DNA of 64,000 bases from a virus. Both the position numbers and the translations under genes were made by a program. The DNA is taken from positions 76,496 to 140,495 of IMG/VR virus record IMGVR_UViG_3300028920_000037; one strand, given 5' to 3'. Below the pieces are notes generated by a model that was not told the DNA's origin, ran no database searches, and worked only from the letters and a program-made list of their open reading frames with translations. Of this stretch, positions 20,197 through 28,985 are shown one piece after another (positions within the stretch are counted from its first letter, which is position 1; each line of letters begins with the position of its first letter).

Positions 20197-20202
20197 AAAC
20201 AC

Positions 20203-21129
20203 ATGGCTCTAGTAAAAGCTGTCAGGACGAGTACGCCCGACTTTCCTGAGATCCAGACGTTCTACAACGAACACCTTCATCCAGATGTGATCGACTTTGA
20301 AGACCAAGACGTCTACAAGTATGTTTTTCACGGCGGACGTTGGGCTGGCATCTTTCAGGCAACACAGAGGCCGACACAGAACTTCTTCGTCCAGTGCAAG
20401 CCGACGACCGTAACAGACCTTGCAGCGATCACATCAATCTGGCGTCCGGGTCCACTCGCCGGCAAGATGCACGAGCTGTACGTCGATGCAAAGTTCAACA
20501 AACCGTACGATTGGGGACATCCACTCCTGAACGAGACACTGGCAGATACGTACGGTCTCTTGATCTTTCAGGAGCAGATCATGCTCCTTGCAAACAAGGT
20601 TGCTGGGTATGACATGGCCCAATGTGACCAGGTCCGCCGCGCAATCCTAAAGCGCTCTCTCGCGACAGGTGAAGCAGCAAAAAAGGAGGCAGCTGAGCTC
20701 GAGGAGAGCTTTACGGACGGCTGCGTGAAGAACGGTGTGCCCCTCACCGTTGCAAAGAAGCTCTATCAAAACATCCTTGCTTGGGGTGGGTACGGTTTCA
20801 ATAAAAGTCTGTGTAGAGAGGATATGGTGATAGTTAATAACTATGAAACCAAACAACTCGATCAAGTTATTCCTGGCGACCAAGTCCTTACCCGAGACGA
20901 AGAGAGCGGACAAAACGTTTATACAGAGGTGCAAGAAGTCCATGACCATGGTACGCTTGAGCTCGTGGAGGTTGAACTAGACACAGGAGAAACGATCAGG
21001 TGTACGTTGGATCACAAGTTCAGGACGAAGGAGACGGGAGAGATGCTTCCTCTATGGTTGATAGCGAAGCAGCAGTACAGCATCGTTGTAGACGATGCGG
21101 CAAAGAATTCAAATCAGATATCTGGCTGA
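20203..21129 (+). CDS. dnaE: DNA polymerase III alpha, fragment 2 (fingers) fused to split-intein N half
   Basis: GIFQ, RPGP, TYGLLIFQEQIM, VRRAI, YGFNK followed by intein. Confidence 0.93.
   Translation: MALVKAVRTSTPDFPEIQTFYNEHLHPDVIDFEDQDVYKYVFHGGRWAGIFQATQRPTQNFFVQCKPTTVTDLAAITSIWRPGPLAGKMHELYVDAKFNKPYDWGHPLLNETLADTYGLLIFQEQIMLLANKVAGYDMAQCDQVRRAILKRSLATGEAAKKEAAELEESFTDGCVKNGVPLTVAKKLYQNILAWGGYGFNKSLCREDMVIVNNYETKQLDQVIPGDQVLTRDEESGQNVYTEVQEVHDHGTLELVEVELDTGETIRCTLDHKFRTKETGEMLPLWLIAKQQYSIVVDDAAKNSNQISG
20806..21126 (+). mobile_element. Split intein N-fragment (IntN, 107 aa, Ser1)
   Basis: FNK|SLCREDMV (block A register), PGDQV, block B IRCTLDHKF (TxxH). Confidence 0.88.
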
Positions 21130-22112
21130 ACAAACACGAAGCCAGGTGCAATGAACCCATCTACCTTCCTGAGGAAGAAGGAAAGAAGTGGGTTGCTTGC
21201 AAAATCTGTGGTCACAAAGGCGTTCGCATTGGTAAACACCTGAAATCTGCGCACGGGCTGACGACCAAAGAATACACAGCACAATTCCCAGATGCTTTGA
21301 CGTCAGCGCTCGATGAAATTCAGAAGATGAGTGAGGCGTGCAACTGGATTGATCGTGCCAAAGAAAACGGCGACGATCTCAGCGAGTATCGTCAACGAAT
21401 GGGTGCTGCAGTTTCTCAGTCGATCATGTCAAATCCAGAAGAGCGAGCTCGTCGCTCGGTCCAGATGGCCGTGAACAACCAAACACCTGAAGCTCGTGAA
21501 AAGTCACGTGTTACCGCAAAGAAGACATCTCAGCGTCAAGATATACTTGATCAACGTACACATAATCTTGCAAATTGGCGTGAAAAACATCCTGATGATT
21601 TTGCAAAGTGTACAAACGCGATGTTACAAACTAGTGTTTCATCACCAGAGCTTGAGTTGTTTTACATTATTGATGTTTTATCCTCAATGAAAGTTATTTG
21701 TTGTGATGTGAAACGTCAACAAAGGATTCAAGATGTTAGTTTTACAGCAAGTAAAACACATATGTTTTGTGTTGACATTACCTGCATTTTTCAAAACGTA
21801 TGTGTTCATATTGAGATTGATGGTATCCATCATTTTCAACAAATTGCAAGTTTTGATCTCAACAAACGACAACGACGTGATCAAGAATTTGAAAACTGGA
21901 TCAATGCTCGAAATGATGTGATGCTTGTTCGATTGTCATACGATACGTGGGAAACACGTCGCTGGCAAGAAAACAAAGAAAAGATGAGTAGGACATTTTT
22001 CTCCCAACCTGCTCTCGAGGCCCTCTTCAGCCTTCTCAAGAATCCTAAACCTGGCGTCCACTGTATCGGCCAGGCATACGGTGAAAGGAACCTGCTGTGT
22101 GGAAGCCAATAA
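21054..22112 (+). CDS. Free-standing homing endonuclease (C2H2 fingers + Vsr/DUF559-like PD-(D/E)xK domain)
   Basis: CRRC..HEARC, CKIC..HLKSAH, SSPE..., VDI..IEIDGIHH..RDQE; AT-rich; lies between the intein halves. Confidence 0.8.
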   Translation: MVDSEAAVQHRCRRCGKEFKSDIWLNKHEARCNEPIYLPEEEGKKWVACKICGHKGVRIGKHLKSAHGLTTKEYTAQFPDALTSALDEIQKMSEACNWIDRAKENGDDLSEYRQRMGAAVSQSIMSNPEERARRSVQMAVNNQTPEAREKSRVTAKKTSQRQDILDQRTHNLANWREKHPDDFAKCTNAMLQTSVSSPELELFYIIDVLSSMKVICCDVKRQQRIQDVSFTASKTHMFCVDITCIFQNVCVHIEIDGIHHFQQIASFDLNKRQRRDQEFENWINARNDVMLVRLSYDTWETRRWQENKEKMSRTFFSQPALEALFSLLKNPKPGVHCIGQAYGERNLLCGSQ

Positions 22113-22284
22113 GCTCAATTCCTAGGAAAAAGTGTTTCGTTTTAACGCGACGGATGCACATCATTACAGTAATTCCAGATGCTGACGGTTCATGGTGCAT
22201 TCCAACATCGTCGGGGTGGGAAGAGGTTTCAATTGAAAACGATCTTGCTTGGTCACCGTTTCCTGATATGGAAGAATTTGCATC

Positions 22285-23613
22285 ATGCCTGAGCCTGTTG
22301 ACAAAGAACAGTTGAAGACATTCCTTGGCGCCCTCGGCGAGGCGATCGCAAAGGGTGATTTTCCTGATTCTGACATTGTGAATGACACGTCGTTGTCAGA
22401 GGAAGAATTTGAACGTATTCTAAAAGAACGTGTTGCGGCGAGGTACAACAGACCCCGCAAGAAGCTAACGATTGAAGAGATCGAACTTGCGGTTTTAAAA
22501 GGTCCACAGCCTACAGGTAGGATCGTTTCGATCAGAGAGGTCGGCGAGCATCCTACCCGAGACCTATCTGTGGCGCATCCAGATCATCAGTTCTACCTTG
22601 CAAACGGCGTGTTAACAAGCAACAGCCATGCCACGGGATACGCGATGATCTCGTACCAGTGTGCCTACCTCATGACGTATTACGAGGCGGAATGGCTGTG
22701 TTCATACCTCGAATCGATGAGCGGGAACGAGAACTCTCGCGCAAAGGCATTCGCGGAGGTCAGGTCACTCGGATACAACATCGTTCCGATCGACATCAAT
22801 TCGGCACGTGTAGGGTGGACAAGCATTCTCGGAAAGAAGTTCATGCCCTCGTTCACAACGTGCAAGGGAGTAGGTGCCGCTGCTGTCCAGGAGATCGTCG
22901 AGGCTCGCCCGTACGAGAAGTTCGAAGATGTTCTCTGGGACGACGAAGGAAATTGGCGTCACAGCAAGTTCAACAAGAGGGCGTTCGAGGCGTTGGTAAA
23001 TATCGGAGCGTTTGCGAGCCTCGACTGTGTAGGTGAAGGTAAGCTCTTTGAATCGTACGCCCAGATGCACTGGGTTCTGTTTGGTTCTCACACGGCGAAG
23101 GTCAAGAAGAAGCGCAAAGGCGCTGAGGTCGAAGTGGAGAAGAAGTTCGACCATTTTGCCTGGATCAAACGTAATCCAACAATGGATCCTCACGAAGGTC
23201 GTAGGAACTTCTACGAGCTCATCAGGATGTCAAGCGGACAGATCGAACCTTGGACGCGGAGGGAGTGGGCTCTGAAGAACATCGAGCACTTCGGCTCACT
23301 CGACGTTCGAAGCCTCGTGGAGCCAAGCGTCCTTGAAGTCTTTGAAGAGAAGGGTCTACGTTCAATCGATGAGTACGAGGACGAGGACGTCTACTGGTTT
23401 TGCATTGTCAAGGTCGAAAAGAAGACAACACGGAACGGTAAGAAGTACCTCCTGTTGTACGCCCAAGGACCTGCAGGGAAGGTCTTCAGGATATACGCCT
23501 GGGGGTGGAACGGAAAGCGTATAGTTGACCTCTACGCGGTCTGTTTTGCCGAACTTAAGAAGTCGGACTTTGGGTTCGCAACGAGCATGTACAAGCTGCG
23601 TGAGCTTGAGTAG
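22285..23613 (+). CDS. dnaE: Split-intein C half fused to DNA polymerase III alpha fragment 3 (HhH + OB)
   Basis: ...VLTSN|SHATGYAMISYQCAYL, DINS, KGVG, ALVNIGAF, OB-fold KTTRNGKKY. Confidence 0.93.
   Translation: MPEPVDKEQLKTFLGALGEAIAKGDFPDSDIVNDTSLSEEEFERILKERVAARYNRPRKKLTIEEIELAVLKGPQPTGRIVSIREVGEHPTRDLSVAHPDHQFYLANGVLTSNSHATGYAMISYQCAYLMTYYEAEWLCSYLESMSGNENSRAKAFAEVRSLGYNIVPIDINSARVGWTSILGKKFMPSFTTCKGVGAAAVQEIVEARPYEKFEDVLWDDEGNWRHSKFNKRAFEALVNIGAFASLDCVGEGKLFESYAQMHWVLFGSHTAKVKKKRKGAEVEVEKKFDHFAWIKRNPTMDPHEGRRNFYELIRMSSGQIEPWTRREWALKNIEHFGSLDVRSLVEPSVLEVFEEKGLRSIDEYEDEDVYWFCIVKVEKKTTRNGKKYLLLYAQGPAGKVFRIYAWGWNGKRIVDLYAVCFAELKKSDFGFATSMYKLRELE
22516..22623 (+). mobile_element. Split intein C-fragment (IntC)
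   Basis: GRIVSIREVGEHPTRDLSVAHPDHQFYLANGVLTSN; blocks F/G, terminal Asn, +1 Ser. Confidence 0.92.
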
Positions 23614-23632
23614 GACGATACTTAACTCTGCC

Positions 23633-23878
23633 ATGGCAGACAAGAAGATCGTTAGGCTGACAGAAGGTCAGCTTCGCAACATCATCCGCAAGGTCCTCAA
23701 TGAGGACATCGTACAGTCGAACGACATCATTGACACGATCGATACGATCGAGGATACTGATACGCTCGTTGCAATCAACGACAAGATCAAAGCGAGGTAT
23801 GGGTACCTCATGCGCCTCTCACGTTCGCAGCGCCAAACGTCTCGCAAGCCTCCCCCTCCGCCTCAAAGGCGACGTTGA
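23633..23878 (+). CDS. Small protein with leader 'LTEGQLRNIIRKVLNE'
   Basis: TACTTA at 23619-23624. Confidence 0.72.
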   Translation: MADKKIVRLTEGQLRNIIRKVLNEDIVQSNDIIDTIDTIEDTDTLVAINDKIKARYGYLMRLSRSQRQTSRKPPPPPQRRR

Positions 23879-24177
23879 GCAGGCGGACACGTCAGCACCT
23901 GCTTGACTTCCTGGCGTTTGGACTACCAGGAGTTTTACTCCTGGGTCTGGATGGATACCTTTGGGTTGCGACGAACGCCGATGTCAACGGTCTTGTTGGG
24001 ACGCTCATCTGTTCTTTGGCGTCCATTGGCATCTACTGCCTTGTTCTGCGTCACAGTTTGCAGTGGCGCATATTTAGGCATCATGCAGACAACGATCGGA
24101 AAGATCAGAGGGCTCGTCAGAAAGACGCTGATACTGACAGAGATGAGAGGTCCAACAGGAAACCTCCGCCGCGTTAG
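23875..24177 (+). CDS. Possible small 2-TM membrane protein
   Basis: Two hydrophobic segments and a charged tail; overlaps the next gene by 95 nt. Confidence 0.35.
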   Translation: MSRRTRQHLLDFLAFGLPGVLLLGLDGYLWVATNADVNGLVGTLICSLASIGIYCLVLRHSLQWRIFRHHADNDRKDQRARQKDADTDRDERSNRKPPPR

Positions 24178-24472
24178 GAGCGGCGGCCAGCGGCACAAGA
24201 TCGGAAAGATTGAAGATGAGAACAGGGAGGTTTCGTTCGCTGAAGCCGAGATGTTGTTTCCAGGTTCGACGAACGCATGGGCAGAGATCGTTCCAGAGCT
24301 GTTCCCACAGTTCCCGTTTGACGATCCGTTCTCCATTAAGAGGAATTCCGTTTTCTTCAAGGAAGGAGACGGGTTAACGGTCGCGTTTGCTGACCACCCA
24401 CAGTTCAATCTCGCTACGTGGGATCCAACCAGAGAAGATTGGATCGAAAACGAGCTCGCCGGCACGGGCTGA
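24083..24472 (+). CDS. Hypothetical protein with leader 'IRGLVRKTLILTE'
   Basis: TATTTA at 24071-24076. Confidence 0.7.
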   Translation: MQTTIGKIRGLVRKTLILTEMRGPTGNLRRVRSGGQRHKIGKIEDENREVSFAEAEMLFPGSTNAWAEIVPELFPQFPFDDPFSIKRNSVFFKEGDGLTVAFADHPQFNLATWDPTREDWIENELAGTG

Positions 24473-24480
24473 TGCAAACC

Positions 24481-24506
24481 ACGTCCACTTATTGTAAAGT
24501 GGACGT
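24481..24506. promoter_or_regulatory. Perfect 10-bp inverted repeat overlapping a promoter-like element
   Basis: acgtccactt-attgta-aagtggacgt; ATGCAA-17 nt-TAAAGT then 6 nt to ATG 24507. Confidence 0.55.
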
Positions 24507-24758
24507 ATGGGCTTCTTTAAGAGATGGTTCGGCTACGTGCGAGTCGAGCTGTTTAAATGCGCTGGCGTCGTAACTCTTTGGAATGATGCACCGGGGTGAC
24601 CACTCAATGAAACCATTTGATGGAACATCGTGGTCGCTGCACCTCGGTGTCTATCTGTCGTTCTGGGTATGGGGAAGAGCTGACGATGCCATCGAGTATG
24701 ATGGCATCGTAATTCCAAATTGGGGCTTCGGTCCCCTGTTCCTCTTCAATTACTACTG

Positions 24759-25316
24759 ATGGAACAAATGCCAAAGACACGTCAACACATCATCTGCTTC
24801 GTCGGTCCTGATATGACCGGCAAGACAAACATCTCTCGTGAGCTTTCGCGTAGGACGAGCATCCCGCGGTTCAAGGCGTCATCCGAACACATGACGTTCA
24901 CCGATGAACAGGATCGTTTCCTTACTCAGCTTCGCGTTGCGGACGTCAGGCAGCTCGACCTCCTGCAGCAGGTCGGATTTTCGATGATCATGGACCGTGG
25001 TTGGCCGTGTGAATACGTGTATGCGAAGTTCTTCGATAGGACAACTGACATCGAACAGCTTCGTTCGAACGATAGGAGCTACGCAGCGCTCGGAGCACAG
25101 GTCGTCTTCTGTTATCACGATGATTATAATGGATTCCGTGACGATCTCAATCCAAAAATCGGTCCCGCTGAACTGAGGCGACTACACGACCTGTATGAAG
25201 AATTCTTTGAGCTAACTAGGTGTCCAGTAGTGCGGCTATGTGTGGATGACCTGAACCTCGATCGTCAGATGCGCGATCTAAGGGATGGGCTTCACATCGA
25301 ACTTGTAAGGAAGTGA
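24759..25316 (+). CDS. Thymidylate/dNMP kinase-like P-loop protein
   Basis: FVGPDMTGKT, MDRGW..EYVY. Confidence 0.8.
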   Translation: MEQMPKTRQHIICFVGPDMTGKTNISRELSRRTSIPRFKASSEHMTFTDEQDRFLTQLRVADVRQLDLLQQVGFSMIMDRGWPCEYVYAKFFDRTTDIEQLRSNDRSYAALGAQVVFCYHDDYNGFRDDLNPKIGPAELRRLHDLYEEFFELTRCPVVRLCVDDLNLDRQMRDLRDGLHIELVRK

Positions 25317-25678
25317 TCATGTCAGAAAGAGTGATTCACTGGAGCAACTGGGCGTCTCAGCCGTGCATACAGATCGCGTGTACAGGTGAGACGTTTCATC
25401 CTTGGGGGTGCGACAGCACGTTGCCGAAGGATGTCTTCAATGCTGATTTGAAGTTTCATCCTGAAATTCTCTATGCATTCGATGAGTCCCTCGTGACGTG
25501 CAACAAGTGCAAGAAGATCGATGGCTTTCAAGAGGGGCTCGATCGCGTCCTTGCGTACAGGCAGAAGGTCAGGGAGTCCGGGTTGACCGAACGTGAATAC
25601 GCAGAGCGCGAAACACGTAGGACACTCAAAATGCTGCGTGAGAAAGGAAGACTTGTACATGATGTTCTAGGAGGGTAG
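25313..25678 (+). CDS. Hypothetical protein
   Basis: Coupled ORF; VTCNKC. Confidence 0.55.
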   Translation: MIMSERVIHWSNWASQPCIQIACTGETFHPWGCDSTLPKDVFNADLKFHPEILYAFDESLVTCNKCKKIDGFQEGLDRVLAYRQKVRESGLTEREYAERETRRTLKMLREKGRLVHDVLGG

Positions 25679-25688
25679 GTTTTCATGC

Positions 25689-26239
25689 ATGGAAGTCTAC
25701 TTTTCGCGTGACGTCGAGGCAGACGGGCCGATCCCTGGTCCAAATTCAATGCTGTCGCTTGGATGTGCGGCGTTCAAGGACGACAGGCTGCAGAATACAT
25801 TCAGCGTCAACCTCGAGTTTCTCGACGGGGCAACGCCAGACGAACACACGACGGAGGAATTCTGGGACAGGAATAAATCGGCGTACGCCGCAACGAGGAC
25901 AATCTCAAACGCCCCAGCACTGCGATGTTGATGTTTGTGAAGTGGGTAGAGTCGTTCAACGGGAGACCCGTGTTTGTAGGTTACCCGGCGACGTATGATT
26001 TCATGTTTGTCTACTGGTACCTGATGCGTTTCGCAGGCAGGAGCCCGTTCTCGTTCAGCGGTCTGGACATCAAGACGATGGCTATGGTGATGCTAAAGAA
26101 GGAGTTTCGGGCATCTACAAAGCGAAACATGCCGAAGCGCTGGTTTTCAAGGTCGCCTCATACGCACGTCGCTGTCGATGATGCAATCGAGCAGGGTGAG
26201 ATGTTCTGCAACATGAGACAGGAGCTGTTTGGACGATGA
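25689..26239 (+). pseudogene. DEDDh 3'-5' exonuclease (Rv2179c-like) interrupted by a 1-nt frameshift near 25900
   Basis: DVEADGP in ORF 25689-25931; YDF and HVAVDDA in ORF 25925-26239; one added nt joins the frames. Confidence 0.75.
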
Positions 26240-26442
26240 ACGACTTAGATGTTGTTATCACTGTTCGTGCAGAAGGACATGGTAATACATTTAAGATCGC
26301 AAAAATCCTTGAAGAAGTGGGCGGACTTACTGTATACACGGTGCTAAACACGACACATACGATCTTTGGGCACTGCGATAAGTCAGTGTTTGTCTTGCTG
26401 TCCGCCCACCCGAGCGTTGAGCGAATCGAAGAGAATGAGTAG
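26236..26442 (+). CDS. Hypothetical protein
   Basis: ATGA coupling. Confidence 0.5.
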   Translation: MNDLDVVITVRAEGHGNTFKIAKILEEVGGLTVYTVLNTTHTIFGHCDKSVFVLLSAHPSVERIEENE

Positions 26443-26598
26443 CTACTGTGATCCAGGCGCAGACAGAGCGGTTCTTTTGGAGATGAAGTTCGGCCAGACT
26501 TCGGTACGTTTTCGAAAAAACGTGTTGAGGATCTATGCTGGATGGTGGGTCATCTCTACGCTGTGTGAGATCAACGATGCAGTATCACGAGTACTGTT

Positions 26599-26823
26599 TT
26601 AGTCGTCGGACTTCTTTTCATCCTCTGCCTGAGGGGCGATCAGGATCGTGTCAGTCGGTCCTTGGATCCATGCTATGTTGTCGTTTGTTTCGGCAACGAC
26701 CATGCCATGCGTTTCATGAAAGATCGCTCGGATGACAGTACAAATTACGTCGATGTCGTCGCTTTCGATCGTGACGACGTCTGGCACCTTCTTAAGCAGG
26801 TTGTACTTCATCCTTACTTTCAT
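26599..26823 (-). CDS. Hypothetical protein
   Basis: TACTTA on the - strand at 26832-26837 upstream of ATG 26823. Confidence 0.55.
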   Translation of the reverse strand: MKVRMKYNLLKKVPDVVTIESDDIDVICTVIRAIFHETHGMVVAETNDNIAWIQGPTDTILIAPQAEDEKKSDD

Positions 26824-26860
26824 CTCAATCATAAGTAAGCAACAACGTTAGGCAAACAAC

Positions 26861-27226
26861 ATGCGATTGACTGTACTGAAGAGTAAGATCCACGGCGCCA
26901 TTGTTACGGGAGCAAACCAAGAGTACATGGGGAGCATCTCGATCGATCCTGTTCTCATGGAGGGCGCAAACATCCTATCGAACGAGCAGGTACACGTCTG
27001 GAACGTCACAAACGGTGAGCGCATCATTACGTATGCGATTCCGGCGTCTGAACAGCAAGGTTCGATCTGCATCAACGGCGCAGCTGCACACCTGTTCTCG
27101 TCTGGCGACAAGGTGATCATCGCTACGTTCTGTGAGATGGACGCCTGGAAGGCGAACGAATACACACCTATCGTTTTAATCATGGATGGGCTGAACAGCA
27201 ACCGCGTTAAGGAGAAGCGTCAGTGA
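26861..27226 (+). CDS. panD: Aspartate 1-decarboxylase (pyruvoyl)
   Basis: LKSKIH, YMG|SISID self-cleavage site, NGERI.TY, GSICINGAAAH, GDKVII. Confidence 0.95.
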   Translation: MRLTVLKSKIHGAIVTGANQEYMGSISIDPVLMEGANILSNEQVHVWNVTNGERIITYAIPASEQQGSICINGAAAHLFSSGDKVIIATFCEMDAWKANEYTPIVLIMDGLNSNRVKEKRQ

Positions 27227-27468
27227 TGAATGTCTTTGAAGACGATGAAGAGCCTCACGACCGCGTTGCCGACGCCGTGTTCGAACTCATTGTACATGCG
27301 TCGAGAGATGGTGAAAATGTGTGGAAGCAGATGTGGTTGAAACTGACGCCGTCTGAGGTTAGAAACGTCATCGAAGATCCTGATGCGTACACAAAGATGA
27401 TCGAATCGCTCGCACCCAGGATCCACGACCAACTCGAGTCGATCGTGGACAAGATCGAGTACGTATGA
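27223..27468 (+). CDS. Hypothetical acidic protein
   Basis: Coupled ORF. Confidence 0.55.
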   Translation: MMNVFEDDEEPHDRVADAVFELIVHASRDGENVWKQMWLKLTPSEVRNVIEDPDAYTKMIESLAPRIHDQLESIVDKIEYV

Positions 27469-27649
27469 AACCAACAGACGAAAGAGGAAGCATGAAGAAG
27501 CTTCTGGCGCAATTTGTGTTGCAAACTGATATTGTTGTTGAAATCAAATCAATCAACAACTAAAATACGCAAGTGATGCAATATCGTTTGGAAGGACATC
27601 AACGTGCCATTTCCCAACGATTGAAATTGATCGTGGATTTCCATAGAAA

Positions 27650-28952
27650 CATGAAGAAATTACTGATACAAACACAATTAAGCAACTACGATACACAAGG
27701 TAAATTTATCCTTGAGTGCGATAGCGGGTACAACATGATGATGGGTAGAACTAGAGTTCTCCTTCAACAAGTTCCTGACTTGAAGGTCTTCATCACAGGT
27801 CCTCAGCTAAACCAATGTAGAACCTCGCCGTATGATCTCAACGCCGATCTGTTCAATGATTTTGGCAACAGGTTGAAGTACATCCCGCTGCTGCTGATCC
27901 CGAACGCCCTTGCTACGCGTTACGATTTTGTGTTCGAAGACATCGCACGAGCGTTGGACCTGGGCGAAGATGGGCATGAACCATTTACACACGTCTTCAT
28001 CAACGATCCGATGTTGTTGAGGAACTTTCAGGCCCTGTTCTTCCTCAAGGGAAAGTACAGACCGAAGTACATCGTCCATTCGCACTTCATCGACAATCCA
28101 GAGTGTCCGAAGTTCCCGACCGAGGCTTCGCTCTGGATGGGACAGATGGAAGCAGCGTTCAAGGCTGACTTCAACTTCTGGCAGTGCGAATCGTCGCTGC
28201 AGGTGTTCCTCAAATCTGCGATGAACTGGCTGTGTGAGGACCTGGTCGCTGTGATCAGGCACAAGTCACTTCCTTGGGACGATGGGTACAGCAGTGAGGA
28301 GATAAACTCTCCAATCAATATGAACAACGTCAGGTTTGATGTAAATGACCTAGCACGAAAGACGGTAGGCAAGACTGTCGTTTTCGTACCGAACAGGATC
28401 GGTGGTTTTGGTCGCAGCAGCGACTACACGAACTGTGGAAGGTTCATGTTTGAGACGGTACCTCGTGTGCGGAAGATGAGGGACGACTTCGTCGTCATCG
28501 CTGGAAATCCGAGCCAGAAGATCCTGAACCACGAGCTCGAGGAGCTATGTCCGGCGTTCCTCAACCTTGTTCCGGATGCATTGAACAGAGACGAGTACAA
28601 GTACGTTGCAAGGCACATTCAGGACATCAGTGTCGGACTCTACAACCAGGACAGCTACGGTGGCACGGCAGCTCGTGAGCTCTGCGACGTAGGAACGATC
28701 CCACTGTGGGTCGACAACTATGAGTACACCCAGATTGCGCTCCTTGCCGGTTTACCGAAGGACATGATGATCGCTCCTGACCTCTCCAATATGGATGAGA
28801 CGCTCGTGTTTATGCTTGACTGGATTTCTCAAGTCAAGCATGATGCTCCTGAAGAGATCAAAGGCTGGCATGATCGTCTTAGCGATGTTGTCTACAGGCG
28901 TTGTTCATACGAGGCGACATCCGACGAGGCGATCCGGCACATGGGTCTTTGA
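27650..28952 (+). CDS. Putative GT-B fold glycosyltransferase
   Basis: Two Rossmann-like halves; VFVPNRI, RDDFVVIAGNP, LNRDEY, DSYGGTAARE..GTIP; next to epimerase and TS-like genes. Confidence 0.6.
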
Positions 28953-28977
28953 ACACCGTGTGCGTGAGTTGTACAAT
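28949..28977 (+). promoter_or_regulatory. Sigma70-like promoter
   Basis: TTGAAC-17 nt-TACAAT, then 8 nt to ATG 28986. Confidence 0.7.
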
Positions 28978-28985
28978 ATTCATGT

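Noticed and set aside
17148-20202. Group I/II intron explaining the first dnaE break
   Set aside because: No recognisable intron core. The gap is almost fully protein-coding and fragment 2 has its own promoter and ATG. Not formally excluded without Infernal or RT-PCR.
25895-25931. Programmed ribosomal frameshift
   Set aside because: No slippery sequence or evident stimulatory structure.
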